From contig OZ024750.1 of assembly GCA_964016885.1 (NCBI GenBank), positions 28,272,001 to 28,336,000 on the forward strand: DNA of 64,000 nucleotides. The letters run 5' to 3'. The translations under genes and the position numbers were made by a program. This DNA comes from Eledone cirrhosa (Eukaryota). Below are positions 41,793-55,798 of the stretch, piece after piece. Numbering within the stretch: the stretch's first letter is position 1; every line of letters starts with the position of its first letter. A model generated the notes under the pieces. The model had not been told where the DNA came from. It made no database searches and worked only from the letters and a program-made list of their open reading frames with translations.

Positions 41793-42843
41793 ATATATAT
41801 ATATATATATGTCAATCAATTTCTAGTTGATATAAATGCTCGGATCTATTCATTGGAATCTTTGAGCTTATTCTGCAGTTGATATGGCGCATGTCTCTCA
41901 GACATGACACCCTTAATTTCATTTTGGTTATATGTATATATATATATATATATTAGAAAGATCGAGTATCGAAAAATCGGCGCACGAGTTCACGATAAAC
42001 AAGATTCGAAATGAGCGGCAGAGGGCTCAATAATTCAGATGAATCAGAGCTATAACTATCGTTAAAATACCGTCACACATAGAACAAGTCTAAAATCAAC
42101 CATACGATAAAAAATCGATAATAGAAGATTCGGGACAATCAGATAAAAAATATCAATAAAACAATACATCAATAATTTAAATGAATATATATATACATAT
42201 ATTTATGCATGCATATGTACAAACATACACACATACAAACACATAGAGCATATTTCTGCATATATATGTTTTATAGGTGCGTCTCTTATGCATGTACACA
42301 TGCACACACGCACACACACACACACACACACACATATCTACCAGCGGGATTTGAACTCTAGATATAAAGAACTGTAAGTATAAGCCGTAAAGTTTTTACA
42401 TGCATGAACATTGTCTCTTGAGGTAAGAAGTACTAATTTGATGATAGGTCTGCTTAACAAAGCTCGACCTAGGACTAAACAAGAACTAAACAAAGACACT
42501 CACGCACACAAATCCAGACTTGCCAACCTCTAAAAATCCTAACAGGGAGCACCATGAAAAAAAGTGCCCCAAAACAAGGAGAAATGAGGCAAAACGGGGA
42601 GATTTTACAGAGTGAAAACTATGCCCATTTTCACAAGAAACGACATCTCTTACCTACCCCAAAGTGGATGGGAAATCTCCCCCCTCGGATGGGGGGAGTT
42701 GACACGTTTGAATATCTCTACATGAGATTTAAACTCTAGACCAGATATTCTCAAAAGGGCTGATACCGCTCCACGAGGGGCACTGAGAAGGTCCAGGGGA
42801 TCGCTGGGGCCTAAGGGGGCAGTGGGGGACAGTAAAGATGATA

Positions 42844-43332
42844 TAATTGTTTCTACTTTTGGCACAAGGCCAACAATTACCCCAGTGTATTACTGGTACT
42901 TTATTTTATCGACCTCCCCCTTAAAGATGATATAATAGTTTATTAAATATCAAATGATATATATAGATATAGAAAAATAAATAATATCTATATATACATA
43001 GTATATATTATATTATTTATTGGTCGCCGAGGTTAACTTTGCCTTTCATCCTTACGGGGGTCGATAAAATAAAGTACCAGTAATGTACTGGGTAATTACT
43101 GGCCTTGTGCCAATAGTAGAAACAATTATTTATTGGTAGTATCGGTAGAGAGTCGGACACCTTGCTTTGCAGCATAGAGTTACGGCCCTTTAAGGTCTGA
43201 GTTCAAATCCCTACGAGGCTAACTTTGCCTTTCATCCTTATGGGGTCGATAAAATAAAGTACCAGTAACGTACTGGGGTCGATTTAATCGACTCCTCCTC
43301 CCCCCCCCCAAAAAAAAAATTACTGGCCTTCT
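42844..43332. mobile_element. SINE1 cluster (minus fragment, plus fragment, plus full copy)
   Basis: Core and tail matches in both orientations. Confidence 0.8.
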
Positions 43333-43559
43333 GCCTATACTAGAAATTATTATATATAAATTAACGATTTTATTTATTATATATTATTTACAATTTTCGT
43401 GTAGACAGGTCTCTCTGGAAATAGGGGACTGTGAGGGGTGCGGTGGTGGCCAGAAAGGTTTAAGAACCTCTGTTCTAGACATTAAGAGCTATAACTATCA
43501 GCCATAAAGCGTATTGTTCAAAACCTTAACAATACTGCCAGTTCACCGCCATAAGGTTG

Positions 43560-43885
43560 TACAGGGTGACCAAAACAACACTCCTCGATTTCAAATACTT
43601 ATAATATGAAAACTTAAATGAATATGTTTATAATATTGGTGGCTACAGTTGCATAATCTAACAACGTTTCATATGATATTGGTTGATATCAAAGACACTC
43701 GATGTGTGTTCCTTTTGTTGCTCAGCTAACATCAATACGATAATCAAGTTTAATCAAATCTTATGTTGAGCAATAAAAGATTTATCCCTTAAAATATTCC
43801 TCAACTTTACAACACTAATCTACAATATATATATTGGTAGTTTCTGGGATATTTACATCTCAAATGATATCTAATCTTTTGAAAC

Positions 43886-43893
<8 letters not shown>
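43560..43893. mobile_element. mariner-like MITE
   Basis: TA-CAGGGTG..CACCCTA-TA termini. Confidence 0.5.
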
Positions 43894-43944
<51 letters not shown>

Positions 43945-43977
<33 letters not shown>

Positions 43978-44190
43978 TCTTTATTAACCACAAGGGTTTA
44001 CATAAAGTAGACATTAAGGACAGTACAGGACAATACAGGACGGTACAAAAAGGCATTTCTGCGTGTAAAAAAAACAGAGGATGTAATAATAGAACAATGA
44101 AAAAATTCCCCAATAGTGGGGAGACTTCCGAGGGACATTCGTGGAGAAAGCCCATTAAAAAGCCACAGTGACCCTGACCAAATGAGGTTG
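43945..44190 (-). mobile_element. LINE-like 3' end with AATAAA and (ATT)n tail
   Basis: TTCTTTATTAACCACAAGGG..GGACAATACA; homologous short pieces at about 49453, 49607 and 49828. Confidence 0.5.
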
Positions 44191-44268
44191 ACTTTGCTAG
44201 TTTCAGAAGATCTCGTTAAGGGTGAAAGCAGGGATTCTTTGCTTAAACTTTAATCTGTTATTTTAATA
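44190..44268 (+). mobile_element. Family G arm with degenerate HHR-like core
   Basis: CAGAAGA tctc gttaa gggt GAAA gcaggga TTC; ends TTATTTTAA(TA)n like the short arm at 30639. Confidence 0.55.
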
Positions 44269-44503
44269 TATATATGTATATATATATATGCAATATATAG
44301 CTGCATAAATACACACACACACATATACAAACACACACACACACATATATATATGTGTGTGTGTGTAGGTACACACACCCTCTTTCACGAGTGCGTGCAT
44401 ATTTGTATATGTAATATGTGGTTATGTGTTTTCGGTGTCAGAGATGTGCAAAAGCGTTAACAGATTAATCCCCCCCCCCCGACACACACATACACACAGA
44501 CAC

Positions 44504-44534
<31 letters not shown>

Positions 44535-44887
44535 CAGACGCTTATTTCTCTCATCACTGTCTTACACATTTCATTCCCTCTCTTTCTTTATCGCTTCACC
44601 CCTCTTAATCTTGGCACTATTCTCTCTCTCTCTCTCTTATTCTCTCTCTCTCTCTCTCTCCCTCTCTCTCTCTCTTGATTTATAGAGTAGATAGCGGCAC
44701 ACGACGAACTGAAATTCCTTTCTCACAACCGTAAAGATTCTGGAGTATATATATACATATATATACACATATATACACATATATACACATACATACATAT
44801 ATACATATATATACATATATATACACACAGATGTATATGTGAATAATACACATATATATATATACATACACATATGAATACATATAG

Positions 44888-44919
<32 letters not shown>

Positions 44920-44941
44920 CACATATGAATACATATAGCAT

Positions 44942-44996
<55 letters not shown>

Positions 44997-45347
44997 TTTA
45001 TAACATATATATACATCTATTTACAAAGCTATATATAGATATGTTGCCGGTGCAGGCGTTCAGGCATGTAAGTGCAACTTTTTCACACATTAGGGGACAC
45101 GTCCTGGAGCTGTTTTTATTTACTGCACACCAGCACTGCTGCCCTTCATTCCTCTGAAGTTGTAGGGTCGCCCTAGTCATTATATGCCGTGTCTTAAAAG
45201 GGTTTTTTTTTTTTGTTTTTAACCTAGCGGGGCCCCATCCCTCTCCAGGTCTGAACACAGCAGATTTCTTCCAGAGAGCGAGAGAGAAGGGAAGTGAGAG
45301 AGGGGGTACGAGAGAGAGGAGACGAGAGAGAGAGGGTGTGAGAGCGT

Positions 45348-45378
<31 letters not shown>

Positions 45379-46004
45379 GGGGGGGGGCGTGATAGAGGGA
45401 TTGAGGGAGTGAGAGAAGGAGAGAGGGATTGAGGGAGTGAGAGAAGGAGAGAGGGTGGGAACGAGAGAGAGGAGACGAGAGAGAGAGAGAGGGCGTGAGA
45501 GCGTGATAGAGGGATGATTGAGGGAGTGAGAGAAGGAGAGAGGGATTGAGGGAGTGAGAGAAGGAGAGAGGGTGGGAACGAGAGAGAGGAGGCGAGAGAG
45601 AGAGAGAGAGAGGATGTGAGAGCGGGAGAGAGGGAGTGAGGGAGTGAGAGAAGGAGAGAGGGTGGGAACGGGAGAGAGGAGGCGAGAGAGAGCGGGAGGG
45701 AGAGAGAGGGTGTGAGAGCGGGATAGAGGGAGTGAGGGAGCGAGAAGGGGTGGGAGCGAGAGAGAGAGGGGGAGAGGGAGAGAGAGGGTAGGAGTGAAAG
45801 ATGTAGATTAGGAATCAACCCCAGTATTAGACTGGTACTTTATTTATCGACCTTCAAAGGATGGAAAAGCAATGTTATCAACGGTGAGATCTGAATACTA
45901 AGTGCGATGATCTACCGGCTCTGCCAACTAGCCGTCTGCACACACACACACACACACACACACACTCAGTCATTCACACACACACACACACACACACACT
46001 CAGT

Positions 46005-46035
<31 letters not shown>

Positions 46036-46228
46036 TGACGAAAGTCAGTCATTCACACGCACACACACACACACGAAGCCACACACACACACACTCACGA
46101 AAGTCAGTCATTCACACACACACACATACGAAACTCAGTCAGTCTTTCACACACACATACACACGCACACACACACATACGAAACTCAGTCAGTCGCTCA
46201 CACACACACACATACGAAACTCAGTCGG

Positions 46229-46264
<36 letters not shown>

Positions 46265-46825
46265 ACTCAGTCAGTCGTTCACATATACTCACGCATGAGA
46301 AAGGTAAGAGAGATGTGTATGCATAGAAACGGAATGTGTGTGTGATTGCATCTACGTCTATATGTGTGTAGGTCGGTGTATGTGCTTGCATATACATTTA
46401 TGTGTGTGTGTGTGTGGTGGGTGTGTTTGCATGTACGGCTATATGTGTGCGTGTGTGTGATTGCATCTTCGTCTATGTGTGCGTGCGTGTGCGTGTGTGT
46501 AGTGGGTGTGTTTGCATGTACGTCTATATGTGTGCGTGTGTGTGATTGCATCTTCGTCTATGTGTGTGTGTTGTGGGTGTGCTTGCATATACGTCTATGT
46601 GTGCGTGCGTGTGCGTGTGTGTAGTGGGTGTGTTTGTGTGTGTGTGTGTGTGTGTACGTCTGTATATGTGTGTATATGCGTGTGTATTTGCATGTACGTC
46701 TATATGTGTACGGGTCTGTGTATTTGTATGTAAGTCTATATCTGTATGTGTGTGTATGTATGTGTATGTGTGTTTGCGTGTACGTCTATATGTGTGTATG
46801 GGGTGTGTGTATTTGCATGCACGTC

Positions 46826-46856
<31 letters not shown>

Positions 46857-47256
46857 CTATGAATGGGTGTGTTTGTATGTACGTCTATATATGTGTGTAT
46901 GTGTGTATGTGTGTTTGTATGTACGTCTATATATATATATGTGTGTATGTGTATAGACGTACATACAAACACACATACACACATATACACATATACAAAC
47001 ACACATACACACATATATAGACGTACATACAAACACACATACTCATACACACACACACATATGTGTGTGTATGTGTGTTTGTATGTACGCCTATATATGT
47101 GTGGTGTGTATGTGTGTATGTGTATGTGTGTGTGTGTGTGTGTGTCTGTGTATGTGTATGTGTGTTTGTGTATGTGTGTATGTGTATGTGTGTTTGTATG
47201 TCTCATTAAAAAATGTATGAATCATTGCCCAAGTCTCCCCCACCCACCCCATAAAT

Positions 47257-48153
47257 GTTTTGTTGTTGTGTTGTTGTTGTGTTGTTGTTTTGTTGTTACG
47301 TTGTTGTTGTGTTGTTGTTGTTGTTGCGTTGTTGTTGTGTTGTTGTTGTGTTGTTGCGTTGTTGTTGTGTTGTTGTTGCGTTGTTTTTGTGTTGTGTTGT
47401 TGTGTTGTTGTGTTGTGTTGTTATTGTGTTGTTGTTTTGTTGTTGTGTTGTTGTGTTGTTGTTGTGTTGTTGTGTTGTTGTTGTGTTGTTGTGTTGTTGT
47501 TTTGTTGTTGTTGCGTTGTTGTTGCGTTGTTTTTGTGTTGTTGTTGTGTTGTTGTTTTGTTGTGTTGTGTTGTTGTTGCGTTGTTTTTGTTGTTGTTGCG
47601 TTGTTTTTGTGTTGTTGGTTTGTTGTTTTGTTGTGTTGTGTTGTTATTGTGTTGTTGGTTTGTTGTTGTGTTGTTTTGTTGTTGTTGTGTTGTTGTTGTG
47701 TTGTTGTTGTGTTGTTGTGTTGTTGTTTTGTTGTTGTGTTGTTGTTGTGTTGTTTTCTTGTTGTGTTGTTGCTGTGTTGTTGTTGTGTTGTTGTTGTGTT
47801 GTTGTGTTGTTGTTGTGTTGTTGTGTTGTTGTTTTGTTGTTGTTGCGTTGTTGTTGCGTTGTTTTTGTGTTGTTGTTGTGTTGTTGTTTTGTTGTGTTGT
47901 GTTGTTGTTGCGTTGTTTTTGTTGTTGTTGCGTTGTTTTTGTGTTGTTGGTTTGCTGTTTTGTTGTGTTGTGTTGTTATTGTGTTGTTGTTTTGTTGTGT
48001 TGTTTTGTTGTTGTTGTGTTGTTGTTGTGTTGTTGTCGTGTTGTTGTGTTGTTGTTTTGTTGTTGTGTTGTTGTTGTGTTGTTTTCTTGTTGTTTTGTTG
48101 CTGTGTTGTTGTGTTGTTGTGTTGTTGTTGTGTTGTTGTGTTGTTGTATTGTT
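47257..48153. repeat. Degenerate (GTT)n array
   Basis: Direct reading. Confidence 0.95.
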
Positions 48154-48589
48154 TTACTGAAAATCTCTCTGGATTCCTAAATTTGAAACATCAGCGATTA
48201 TCAAAAGAAAATAATATATATATATATATATACACACATACACAGATACACATATATACACATAAATGCACACACATAAACAGATACACACATATACACA
48301 TATATACACAGATACACATATATACACACACATACAATATACACAGATACACACACATATACACAGATACACACACACACATACACCCATATGTACACAC
48401 ACACATACATACATACACACACACATACACATACATACACACATATACATACACAAACACATATACATACATACATACACACACACATATACATTCACAC
48501 ACACACATATGGTTGTATCTACAGAAACAAGCTAACGTGGAAAATATTTATATTTAGCAATTTTTCACCTTATTTCTCCCCCACTTCTC

Positions 48590-48646
<57 letters not shown>

Positions 48647-48682
48647 GCTCTCACTCTCTCTCTCTCCCTCTCTCTTTCGCTC

Positions 48683-48729
<47 letters not shown>

Positions 48730-49398
48730 CCATCTCTCTTTCGCTATCTCTCTCTCTCTTTTTCTCTTTCGCTCTCTCTCTCTCTCGCTCGCTCCACCCT
48801 TCTCTCTTTCACTCTCTCTCTCTTTATCTATCTATCTTTCGTTCTCACTCATTCTTTCTTTCTCACTCTCGCCACACCCATCCACATACACATACGTACA
48901 TACTTATAAACATTCATGCATATATACATATATACTTATACACACACATACATATTTATACAGATAAATAGACATACATTCTACTTAGATGCATGCATAC
49001 ATACGTGCGTGCCTACGTGCATAATACACACACACACACATATACATACGTGAATGTAGATAGATAGATAGATTCATACAGATACATACATACATACATA
49101 CATACATACATACATACATACATACATACATACATACATACATACAGAGATACATACATACATACACACACACACACAGATACATACATACATACATACA
49201 TACATACATACATACATACATACAGAGATACATACATACATACATACATACATACATACATACATACATACATACATACATACATACATACATACATACA
49301 TACATACATGTACAGGTAGATATATATATAGTTACCAACATACATAGATAGATAAATAGATAGATAAAAAGACAGATACTTTCCTATAGATAGATAGC

Positions 49399-49452
<54 letters not shown>

Positions 49453-50330
49453 TCTTTCTTTAGTTGCCACAAGGGTGTACAAAAAAGGGGACATTACAAG
49501 ACGTGACGGCGGGGGTTTTACATAAAAATCATATAACCTTAATAAATAACAATAAACTATACATCAAATAGATAGATATCTTTAGACAGATAGATAGATA
49601 GATAGATTTCTTTATTTGCCACAAGGGCGCACAAGAAAAGGGGACAATACAAGGACATATGCCAGGAATTTTACATACAATAGTGCAAAAAAAAATTTTT
49701 TTTAACAAACAAATTCAACAATCGAAATCCCCAATATAGATAGATAGATAGATAGATACATAGAAAGATAGATATACAGGTAGATAGATATATAGATAGA
49801 TAGATAGATATATAGGTAGATAGATATGTTTCTTTATTAGCCACAGGGGCACAAAAGAAGGGGACAAATACAAAGGGGGAAGTTTACATACAATAAAAAC
49901 GTGTAAAATAGATAGATAGATATACAGGTAAATAGATAGATACCTACATACACAGATATCTAGAGAGATAAATACACCCCGACCCCACCTCTCCTAGCAT
50001 ATATATATATATATACACCTCGACCCCACCTCTCCTAGCATATATATATATATATACTTCCCCGACATCATAGTAGAACTTTATTTACAAACATTACGAG
50101 AGTTACATAGTAGCAGGTAGAATGTATATTTAGAGCAAGAAGTAGTAGCCAAGTTGAGCAGACAATTATGGAAGTATACAATTAAGGTTTAGGGAGAAGA
50201 ATTACTAAGGTGTATTACCTAATATGGTGAGCTAAACTATAGGAAGGGGGGGGGAGAAGAGGAGAGGAGGCAATAGCTAAGAAAGAGACGAGCGGTTTTC
50301 ATTCAAAGTAAACAAGTTGAGAGTACATGC

Positions 50331-50535
<205 letters not shown>

Positions 50536-50642
50536 AATATATATATATGTATATATATGTGTATATAAATATATATATATATGTATATATATATATATGT
50601 GTATATAAATATATATATGTATATATATATATATGTATATAA

Positions 50643-50856
<214 letters not shown>

Positions 50857-50866
50857 CCACCCACAT

Positions 50867-50906
<40 letters not shown>

Positions 50907-51080
50907 TAAAAGAGAAAACACAGGTATTTACGACCGTTTCATTGGTAAGTGCAACCTTATATCGCTATACTGCAAATAGCAGCCACTCAATAATAATTGT
51001 TGTTCACCTCCAAATTTTCAAAATAATGGAAGTATACAATTAACTATATATATATAATTATACAGATATATATATATATA

Positions 51081-51361
51081 CCATGATGTTAAATAAATGG
51101 AAACTATATTTATAAAACCATATTTATTTTATTATATATATTTCAAGGGCAACCAAGCAAACCTTAGTGCGCTTTCATTAGATAAAATACAAAGTTTGTT
51201 TTATAAATAAAGACGTACCCATGAAAATCATACCTTAACGGTCGGAAATTCACTGGATATATATAATAAAATAAATATGGTTTTATAAATATAGTTTCCC
51301 TTTATTTAATATCATGGAATATTTACTCCAGTAAACTGTTGAGTGCTCTAAATCAGTTATA

Positions 51362-51364
<3 letters not shown>
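51081..51364. mobile_element. PLE-like family J inverted element; mutated HHR on the minus strand at 51125-51189
   Basis: Inverted arms at about 51082-51141 and 51257-51317; core CTAATGA (G5A) and GAAA TATATA TA. Confidence 0.75.
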
Positions 51365-51439
<75 letters not shown>

Positions 51440-51440
<1 letters not shown>

Positions 51441-51589
51441 AACGAAGGAGTTGTGGTAAGGAACCAGATGGACCATAACGCACCAGAGTACTCAATACTT
51501 AGGGTTGTAGAGTGAGTAATAGGAAAATGTTCCAGAAATAGCCGTCGAAACGGCTTGAGCTCTGCCGTCGAGGTCATACATTTTCCTAT
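51440..51589. mobile_element. PLE family A inverted element with asymmetric junction
   Basis: The truncated long arm is joined to a short arm that starts in stem II (TCCAGAAATAGCCGTCGAAAC). Confidence 0.8.
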
Positions 51590-51702
51590 ATATATACATA
51601 TATATATAATGAAGGAAGTGTGGTAAGGAACCAGATGGACCAAAACGCACCAGAGTACTCAATACTTAGGGTAGTAGAGTGAGTAATAGGAAAATGTTCA
51701 AG

Positions 51703-51796
51703 ATGTCGACTGCAGAGCTCACGCCGTTTCGACGGCTATTTCTGGACTAAATTAGATTTTTAGCGTGGTAATAACTAGCCGAACTATTCAAGGGGT
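51703..51796 (-). ncRNA. Degenerate full-length family-A type I hammerhead
   Basis: Minus strand: ACCCC TTGAATA GTTCGGCTA..TAGCCGTC GAAAC GGC gtgagctct GCA GTC. The core matches CUGANGA at 5/7 positions. ACCCC complements the GGGGT that follows GTC in other family-A copies. Confidence 0.6.
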
Positions 51797-52413
51797 AATT
51801 CCTTATATGGGAAGATTGTAGTTGTCAAAAGGATTGGTCAACATTTCTTGTAAACACAATCAAATCTTTCATGGCGGTGGGGAGGGGATAGGAGTGACTG
51901 AACTTGCCTGTAGAACAATGAGGGAGTGGATGGAGCCGGTCAAGCGTTGAAAGTGAATTCTATACAGCAAATTCTAAGGAGTGTGGAAGAAATTAAGCTA
52001 GGTAGAAAGCGGGCGAAAAAAGAATTCTAGAGGGATCGGAGAGTGGGAAGTTATAAAATTAAAAAGTTAATAAATTGAGATTAAAACATTAAAAAATAAT
52101 AAATAAAAATAATAATAATTTTAAAAAATTAAATAAGAAAATAATAATAAGAAAACTAGAGTCTAAAACAGCTGGTATTACGTTTTCGGCCAATGCTATA
52201 TAGAATTTTCTGGGGTGGGGGTACTGAGGCTACAAAAGCAGATGGGCTGCCTAAGGGTAAGCGAAAGAGGGAAAAGGAAAAGGAAGAGGAGAGGGAGTGC
52301 AAGGAAGCGAGAAGAAGAGATAAAGGGAAAAAAGAAAAGAAGTACATCTACCTATGTATGTTGGGGTTTCCCCTATCTTGTTCGGCAAGTGGGGAAAAGA
52401 AGGATGTTACAGT

Positions 52414-52640
52414 CTACCCACCCGGGTCATGAGGGGGTTTGAGAGCGAGGTAAATCCTACGCAATCGATGTTTACATGCGATTACAAGTTCGTCGTTTTT
52501 GTTTAGGAGTTAGTCCTTCGTAAACAGTATTTGTATTGTTTCCTCCGAGCATAAGTTACCCAGACGGCGTCCTCCCGTGTAGGAGTTAGCCCTGGAAAGT
52601 AAACTCCTAGTAATGGTATGTGATGTTATTATCTTGGAGG
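52414..52640 (-). pseudogene. C-terminal part of a PLE GIY-YIG endonuclease region (one stop, one frameshift)
   Basis: Hand translation: LQDNNIT/TITRSLLSRANSYTGGRRLGNLCSEETIQILFTKD*LLNKNDELVIACKHRLRRIYLALKPPHDPGG*. It matches the recalled PLE pattern L.DNNI.Y.I.WSIL.RA..Y..G...CNLCL.EK..IL....LLNKR.EL...CRH. Confidence 0.8.
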
Positions 52641-52793
52641 TTGTGAGTTCGATTGCCGGACCGGGTGATGCGTTATGCCCTTGAGCAAAACACTTTATTT
52701 CACGTTGCTGGAGTTGGGACCGATAGATAGTATTAGCAATTGGAAAGACCAATGGAAACATTGTTTCCTCGGTCCGATTTGACGAAAGTCGAT
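52637..52793 (+). mobile_element. SINE2, 5'-truncated, head-to-head with the PLE remnant
   Basis: Starts at GAGGTTGTGAGTTCGATT, where the PLE ORF remnant breaks off. Confidence 0.8.
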
Positions 52794-52916
52794 GGACTGT
52801 TGATTGATATCTATATTTTGAACCGTTGGTCAATCAATGATAAACAATGATTGCCAGCTAAATTAAGTATAGGGATAAAAATATACAGAAGCGAAAACCA
52901 ATCCAAACCAAACAGT

Positions 52917-53072
52917 GGTCGGACGCCATGCTTTCCAGCATAGTTACGTCCCTTTACGATCCGAGTTCAAATCCCGCCGAGGTTGACTTTGCCATTCATC
53001 CTTACGGGGTCGATAAAATAAAGTACCAGTAATGCACTGGGTAATTGCTGGCCTAAAGTAGAAACAATTATT
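52917..53072 (+). mobile_element. SINE1, 5'-truncated
   Basis: B box and core. Confidence 0.8.
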
Positions 53073-53348
53073 ACTTCAGGCAATATTATAAGAAAATGAC
53101 CCTCTCCAAATATATATATATATATATGTATGTGTGTGCGTACATTTATATATATATATGTGTATATATATAAGGGATAACAAAATATCGTTATAGGTAA
53201 TCCAGTTAGAGGTTGTGAATACTTCGTATTATGGACAGTTCTAGCGTACGGCGTTGTTTGACTCAACAAGAGTATATTTATATATATGTATATTTATGTA
53301 TGTATATATACATATATGTATATTTATATGTGTATATATGTATATCTG

Positions 53349-53386
<38 letters not shown>

Positions 53387-53388
<2 letters not shown>

Positions 53389-53707
53389 GGAGGTGAGTTT
53401 TATTGTAGTACAATAAAGCAATGCAGATATCGGATAAGAAGCACTCTACAGTTTGTGGGACTGGAGTATGCATAATATAAGATCAAAAGATGGTTAAAGG
53501 AGTTCCATATATTTTATTATGCGCATTTCAAAAACAAACATCATCATATGTTGATTTAAAACTGCACTATCAACAAGTGTTTTTTAGCCTTCATATCATG
53601 TTCTCCTGTTTTATCTGATGAAAACACAAATATTATTGTTTGATGATGTTTGTTTTTGAAATGCGCATAATAAAATATATGGAACTCCTTTAACCATCTT
53701 TTGATCT

Positions 53708-53712
<5 letters not shown>
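53387..53712. mobile_element. PLE-like family C inverted element in (TA)n
   Basis: The long arm (minus) stops at the stem II loop (about 53548) and joins a plus-strand short arm carrying a full HHR. Confidence 0.85.
53609..53675 (+). ncRNA. Type I hammerhead ribozyme (family C)
   Basis: TTTTAT CTGATGA..GAAA TGCGCA TA ATAAAA. Confidence 0.85.
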
Positions 53713-53772
<60 letters not shown>

Positions 53773-53838
53773 TATTCATATATATATATATATATATATA
53801 CATATATATTCATATATATATATATATATATATATATG

Positions 53839-53876
<38 letters not shown>

Positions 53877-54070
53877 TATTCATATATATATATATATATA
53901 TACATATATATTCATATATATATATGTATTTATATATATATATACATATATATATATATGTATTTATATATATATATATATACATATATATGTATTTATA
54001 TATATATATATATATACATATATGTATGTATTTATATATATATATATATATACATATATGTATGTATTTA

Positions 54071-54157
<87 letters not shown>

Positions 54158-54200
54158 TTATTTATATATATATATATACATAAATATATATATATGTATT

Positions 54201-54231
<31 letters not shown>

Positions 54232-54271
54232 GTATTTATATATATATACATATATACATATATATATATGT

Positions 54272-54333
<62 letters not shown>

Positions 54334-54338
<5 letters not shown>

Positions 54339-54406
54339 AACAAGTATAACCCCGACGGCAGAGCCCAAGCCGTTTGGTCCATCTGGTTCCTTACCACATT
54401 TCCTTC

Positions 54407-54410
<4 letters not shown>
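54334..54410. mobile_element. Minimal family A inverted remnant
   Basis: TAGGAAC..CCCGACGGCAGAGCCCAAGCCGTTT joined to GGTCCATCTGGTTCCTTACCACATTTCCTTCGTT; flanked by TA. Confidence 0.7.
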
Positions 54411-54455
<45 letters not shown>

Positions 54456-54968
54456 TTATTTATTTATTCATATATATATATATATATAATTAAATATATA
54501 TATATCCAAAGCCTAGGACGTTAAATACCCAGGCGATAATACGCCGATTCTAAGTATGCTGAGGTTGATTTGAAAATATAGTTTCACTACAATTAAAAGC
54601 TTTCCTGTAACGGTTAATATATATCTGTGTGTGTGTGTGTGTGTACATATATATATATATATATATTAAACAAAACAAAAACTGTATCCAGTACATATTG
54701 CATACGTTTGTTCGTGTCACCGGCTGCTTAAGTGTTGTAATCGGCGCTTATTCATCGACAGCTGTTTTACAATATTGATTACTTTGCTATAAGACATACA
54801 GTGAACCAGAAATTTCGACAAATAATGAGTCAAACAAAAACAAAATAAAAACACTTCTTTGTGATTTTTCCTATGCGGGTGGTGGTGTTGCGGGTGGTGG
54901 TGATGGTGGTGTTGGGGGTGTTGTTGTTGGTGGTGGTGGTGGTAGCTGGATATCTGCTGATAGACCTT

Positions 54969-55050
<82 letters not shown>

Positions 55051-55092
55051 GGAAACTGTTAGCTTCTCGCTACAACAATTTCTATACTTTTC

Positions 55093-55213
<121 letters not shown>

Positions 55214-55327
55214 GAAGTTGGAAATAGCACGGAAAATATATTTTAGGGTCTGTTTTTCTTTTTTTTTTTTCCTTTCTTTGATTCGTCAAAGATGACATTA
55301 TTGAAAAGATGACATTATTGAAAAAAG

Positions 55328-55515
55328 GTTGATTGGCAGTATCGGTAGAGGGTCGGACGCCATGCTTTACAGCAAAAGAGTTAAGGCCCTTTATGATCTG
55401 AGTTCAAATCCCGCCGAGGTTAACTTTGCCTTTCATCCTTACGGGGTCGATAAAATAAAGTACCAGTAATGTACCGGGTATTGCTGGCCTTGTGCCACAA
55501 GTAGAAACAATTATT
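55328..55515 (+). mobile_element. SINE1
   Basis: Full match; ATTATTGAAAAAA flanks both sides, a probable TSD. Confidence 0.85.
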
Positions 55516-55566
55516 GAAAAAATGGGAGGGACAATTCTTTAAAAAAGAGTTTTATAATGTATATAT

Positions 55567-55798
55567 ATAGGAACGAATAGGAACGATCGACTTTCGTCAA
55601 ATCGGACCGAGGGAACAATGTTTCCGTTGGTCTTTCCAATTGCTAATACTATCTATCGGTCGCAACTCCAGGTAGAAGGAGCAACGTGAAATAAAGTGTC
55701 TTGCTCAAGGACATAACGCATCGCCTGGTCCAGGAATCGAACTCACAACCTTACGATTGCGAATCCAATTCTCTAACCACTCAGCCACACACCTTCAC
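55567..55798 (-). mobile_element. SINE2 in (TA)n
   Basis: 3' end GATCGTTCCTATTCGTTCCTA(TA)n. Confidence 0.85.

Larger units (their letters stand above)
51607..52640 (-). mobile_element. 5'-truncated Penelope-like retrotransposon (family A): ORF end, pyrimidine-rich 3' region, degenerate HHR, tail joined to (TA)n
   Basis: On the minus strand an ORF remnant (52414-52640) runs through a 3' region into the family-A terminal sequence ending ...CCACACTTCCTTCATTA(TA)n at 51607. Confidence 0.8.

Noticed and set aside
46863-48557. 564-aa Cys/Val/Leu-rich ORF
   Set aside because: Translation of (GT)n and (GTT)n repeats.
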